Positions 61,582 to 64,000 of a stretch of 64,000 bases of DNA are shown piece by piece (positions within the stretch are counted from its first letter, which is position 1; each line of letters opens with the position of its first letter). The notes under the pieces were generated by a model. The model was not told the DNA's origin and did no database searches. It saw only the letters and a program-made list of their open reading frames with translations. The position numbers were made by a program, and so were the translations under genes. The DNA comes from Acholeplasmataceae bacterium (lineage in GTDB: Bacteria > Bacillota_I > Bacilli_A > Acholeplasmatales > Acholeplasmataceae): positions 128,001 through 192,000 of the forward strand of contig OY775910.1 in assembly GCA_963675245.1 (NCBI GenBank), given 5' to 3'.

Positions 61582-62577
61582 TTAGTCTTCTAATGAATAA
61601 CGGTAAGTATAAACATCACCTAACATGAATGTTTCGTAGTTGCTGTTATCTACCATTTCTGTTGGAATTAAATATTGACCTGTTACTGTTTCACCATTAA
61701 GGATATCAATTCCGTATTGAATAGCATCAACAACCATTGCTGGTGAGAAGCTGAATGTGACTGAATCAAATCCTAGTTCTTCGTAATGATCAAATTGAGT
61801 TAATAATTCTCTTGGAGCTGAAACGCCACTTACTAATTTTACATTAATAGTTGCATTACCACTATAACCTTCTAAAGCTGCTAAAACACCTAATTGAACT
61901 TCAGCATCATGTGTAAAGATTGCTTGAACTTGTGCAATTTCTGCATCAGATGATGTCGTTAAGAAAGTTTCCATTTGTTCTTGTGCAGTTGATCTGCTCC
62001 AGTTTGTCACAAATTCTTGGTCAACAACAAAGTTTTCATCTGCTGTAGACATGAAGCCATCATGTCTTTGTGTAGGAACTGAAGAGTTATCACCTTTGAA
62101 TTCAAGAATGTGAACTTCGCCTGCATCTAATTCAGTTGCGAAATAAGTGTTGAAGTATGTACCAGTTTCTTCACCGATAGTGATGTTATCACCTAATACT
62201 TCAGCAGTTTCATCGAAATCACTAATGAGTCTGTCATAAATGATTAGCGGGATACCTGCATCAACGATTGATTGTGCAGCTGATTTAAGTTCATCACCAT
62301 TATGTGGCCATAATACGATGACATCAGCACCTTCACTAATCACTTGGTCAATCTGATTTGATTGTTCAACAACAGTAGATGATGTTAAAACTTTGTACTC
62401 AAATCCATTTTCTTCAGCAAGTCTTTGTGTACCAGCAATGGCATGGTTAACACTTTCACCAGTAAATCCATGGTCTGCACCAGGGATGAGGACTGCGATC
62501 ATCGTTGAATCGCCTTGACAAGCTGCTAAACTTAGCCCTAAAGCTAATGCAAAGAATAAAGCTACGATCTTTTTCAT
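61582..62577 (-). CDS. Monosaccharide ABC substrate-binding lipoprotein
   Basis: LAAC lipobox, AGIPLIIYDR. Confidence 0.9.
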   Translation of the reverse strand: MKKIVALFFALALGLSLAACQGDSTMIAVLIPGADHGFTGESVNHAIAGTQRLAEENGFEYKVLTSSTVVEQSNQIDQVISEGADVIVLWPHNGDELKSAAQSIVDAGIPLIIYDRLISDFDETAEVLGDNITIGEETGTYFNTYFATELDAGEVHILEFKGDNSSVPTQRHDGFMSTADENFVVDQEFVTNWSRSTAQEQMETFLTTSSDAEIAQVQAIFTHDAEVQLGVLAALEGYSGNATINVKLVSGVSAPRELLTQFDHYEELGFDSVTFSFSPAMVVDAIQYGIDILNGETVTGQYLIPTEMVDNSNYETFMLGDVYTYRYSLED

Positions 62578-62612
62578 ATTTTCCTCCTATATTTTACTAT
62601 ATGATATAGTAA

Positions 62613-63602
62613 TTACCTTTTTGTAGATTCCCTATGAATAATCTCATAAGGAAGAATAACTTTTTTACTCTGACTATCTAAACTCGTAAGTTTTTCAAGC
62701 AAGAGATCAAAAGCATTAATACCTAAATCGAATCTTGGTTGTGCTATTGTGGATATTGTTGGAACAAAGTTTGATGTAATTGATGTATTATCAAATCCGA
62801 TAATCGCAACATCTTTCCCAGGTTTTAATCCTTGTGCAACAACCTCATTCACAGCACCGATTGCAAGTGAATCTGATACACAGATAACCGCAGTTGGTGG
62901 ATTTTTCATACTTAATAATGTTCTTAATGCATCTGATCCATCATGATATCTATAAAAAGTCTTAACAATCAGTGATTGATCATATGGCATATTGTGATCT
63001 TCTAATGCATCCTTATAACCTCTCTCGCGATTTAATTCGGAATACTTATAGTAATCACCAGAAATCATGGCTATTCGTTTATGGCCATTTTTAATAAATT
63101 CACTTGTTACATCATATATTGCTTGTCTGTTATCAACTGTAACACTTGATGTATGAGAACCAATCGTTGGTTCACACGCTTGTACGAAAGGATATTTACT
63201 TGCCAGTTGATTAATACCCTCAACCGGTAACAAACTAAACAAACTAATAGCACCATCTACTTGTTTTGTTCGTAACATATCCAAATATTTCTTCTCGCGT
63301 GCTTCTTCTAAATTAGAGATGGCAATTAAAACATCATAACCATTTTCTTCAGCACGTGCTTCAATGCCTTGAAGAATCTTCGAGTAGAATGAATTGACGA
63401 TAGTTGGAATCAAGACCAATATCTTCTGACTTTTTTTCGTACGCATTGTACGACTATTTACATTAAGCACATAATTATTTTCTTTCACTACTGCTAAAAC
63501 TTTTGCTCTAGTGCTCGGTGCTACCTTGGGATCATCATTTAAAACCCTTGAAACCGTGGCAACAGACGTCTCAGCAAGCCTTGCAATGTCCTTTATCGTC
63601 AT
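62613..63602 (-). CDS. LacI-family regulator
   Basis: MTIKDIARLAETSVATVSRVLN, IIGFDN. Confidence 0.95.
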   Translation of the reverse strand: MTIKDIARLAETSVATVSRVLNDDPKVAPSTRAKVLAVVKENNYVLNVNSRTMRTKKSQKILVLIPTIVNSFYSKILQGIEARAEENGYDVLIAISNLEEAREKKYLDMLRTKQVDGAISLFSLLPVEGINQLASKYPFVQACEPTIGSHTSSVTVDNRQAIYDVTSEFIKNGHKRIAMISGDYYKYSELNRERGYKDALEDHNMPYDQSLIVKTFYRYHDGSDALRTLLSMKNPPTAVICVSDSLAIGAVNEVVAQGLKPGKDVAIIGFDNTSITSNFVPTISTIAQPRFDLGINAFDLLLEKLTSLDSQSKKVILPYEIIHRESTKR

Positions 63603-63619
63603 ATTATTGCTCCAATTCA

Positions 63620-63633
63620 TGTAATCGATTACA
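63620..63633. promoter_or_regulatory. LacI operator 1
   Basis: Perfect palindrome TGTAATCGATTACA. Confidence 0.8.
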
Positions 63634-63738
63634 CATAAATTATAACACATGTAAGCGTTTTGTCAACAATTGAAATCGCTTTTTTTCGATTATATTAAAA
63701 GTTCTTGCTATTTTCAGACACTTGTATTAAAATAATGA

Positions 63739-63752
63739 TGTAATCGATTACA
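63739..63752. promoter_or_regulatory. LacI operator 2
   Basis: Second exact TGTAATCGATTACA before the divergent gene. Confidence 0.8.
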
Positions 63753-63770
63753 AGGAAAAGAGGCAAAGAT

Positions 63771-64000
63771 ATGAAAACATACAAAGCAGCTGTTATTGGC
63801 ATAGGATTTATCGGTGTTGCCCATATAGAAGCATTAAGAAGATTAGGGAATGTTGACGTCATCGCTATTTCAGATCAAATAGATTTAGAAAAAAAAGCGG
63901 AAAAATACAACATTTCAAGCTATTATAAAGATTACAAACAGATGATTGAAGAAATTAATTTAGATTTTATTCACATCTGTACGCCAAATAATACACATTA
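63771..64000 (+). CDS. Gfo/Idh/MocA-family oxidoreductase (truncated by window edge)
   Basis: My translation MKTYKAAVIGIGFIGVAHIEALRRL...IHICTPNNTH. Confidence 0.85.
   Translation, partial: MKTYKAAVIGIGFIGVAHIEALRRLGNVDVIAISDQIDLEKKAEKYNISSYYKDYKQMIEEINLDFIHICTPNNTH

Overview
Low-GC bacterial DNA using genetic code 11, rich in lipoproteins and InlB-B repeats; most consistent with a wall-less Acholeplasmatales/Izemoplasmatales-type host (inference). Four blocks. (1) <1-11233: an integrated provirus-like element with an HEXXH metallopeptidase, tyrosine integrase, membrane-anchored proteins, a procoat-like protein, a Rep_trans rolling-circle initiator with a dso-like hairpin and a Zot/pI-like ATPase. 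(2) 11187-23809: the most unusual part. Five copies of the 3' half of tRNA-Lys(CTT) delimit four 2.3-4.6 kb cassettes. Each opens with the same XRE repressor gene; cassettes 1-3 also carry a leftward promoter. Each then holds different convergent cargo: sigma-70 factor + HNH nuclease; AAA ATPase + secreted protein; two secreted Cys-protease/lipoprotein pairs. Decay increases distally, as in a chronologically built, integron-like array. (3) 24-31 kb: orphan lipoproteins, a GNAT, an IS110, a GDSL esterase, a candidate sRNA and an ISL3. The IS110 has a readable bridge-RNA-like region whose target guides match a Shine-Dalgarno/ATG junction. (4) 30.9-64 kb: a beta-1,3-glucan (laminarin) utilisation locus (GH16 x2, GH161, GH94, GH30, CBM-repeat lipoprotein, ABC system, LacI), then a ribose-type ABC operon with LacI operators. 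All calls come from motif reading; no searches were run.
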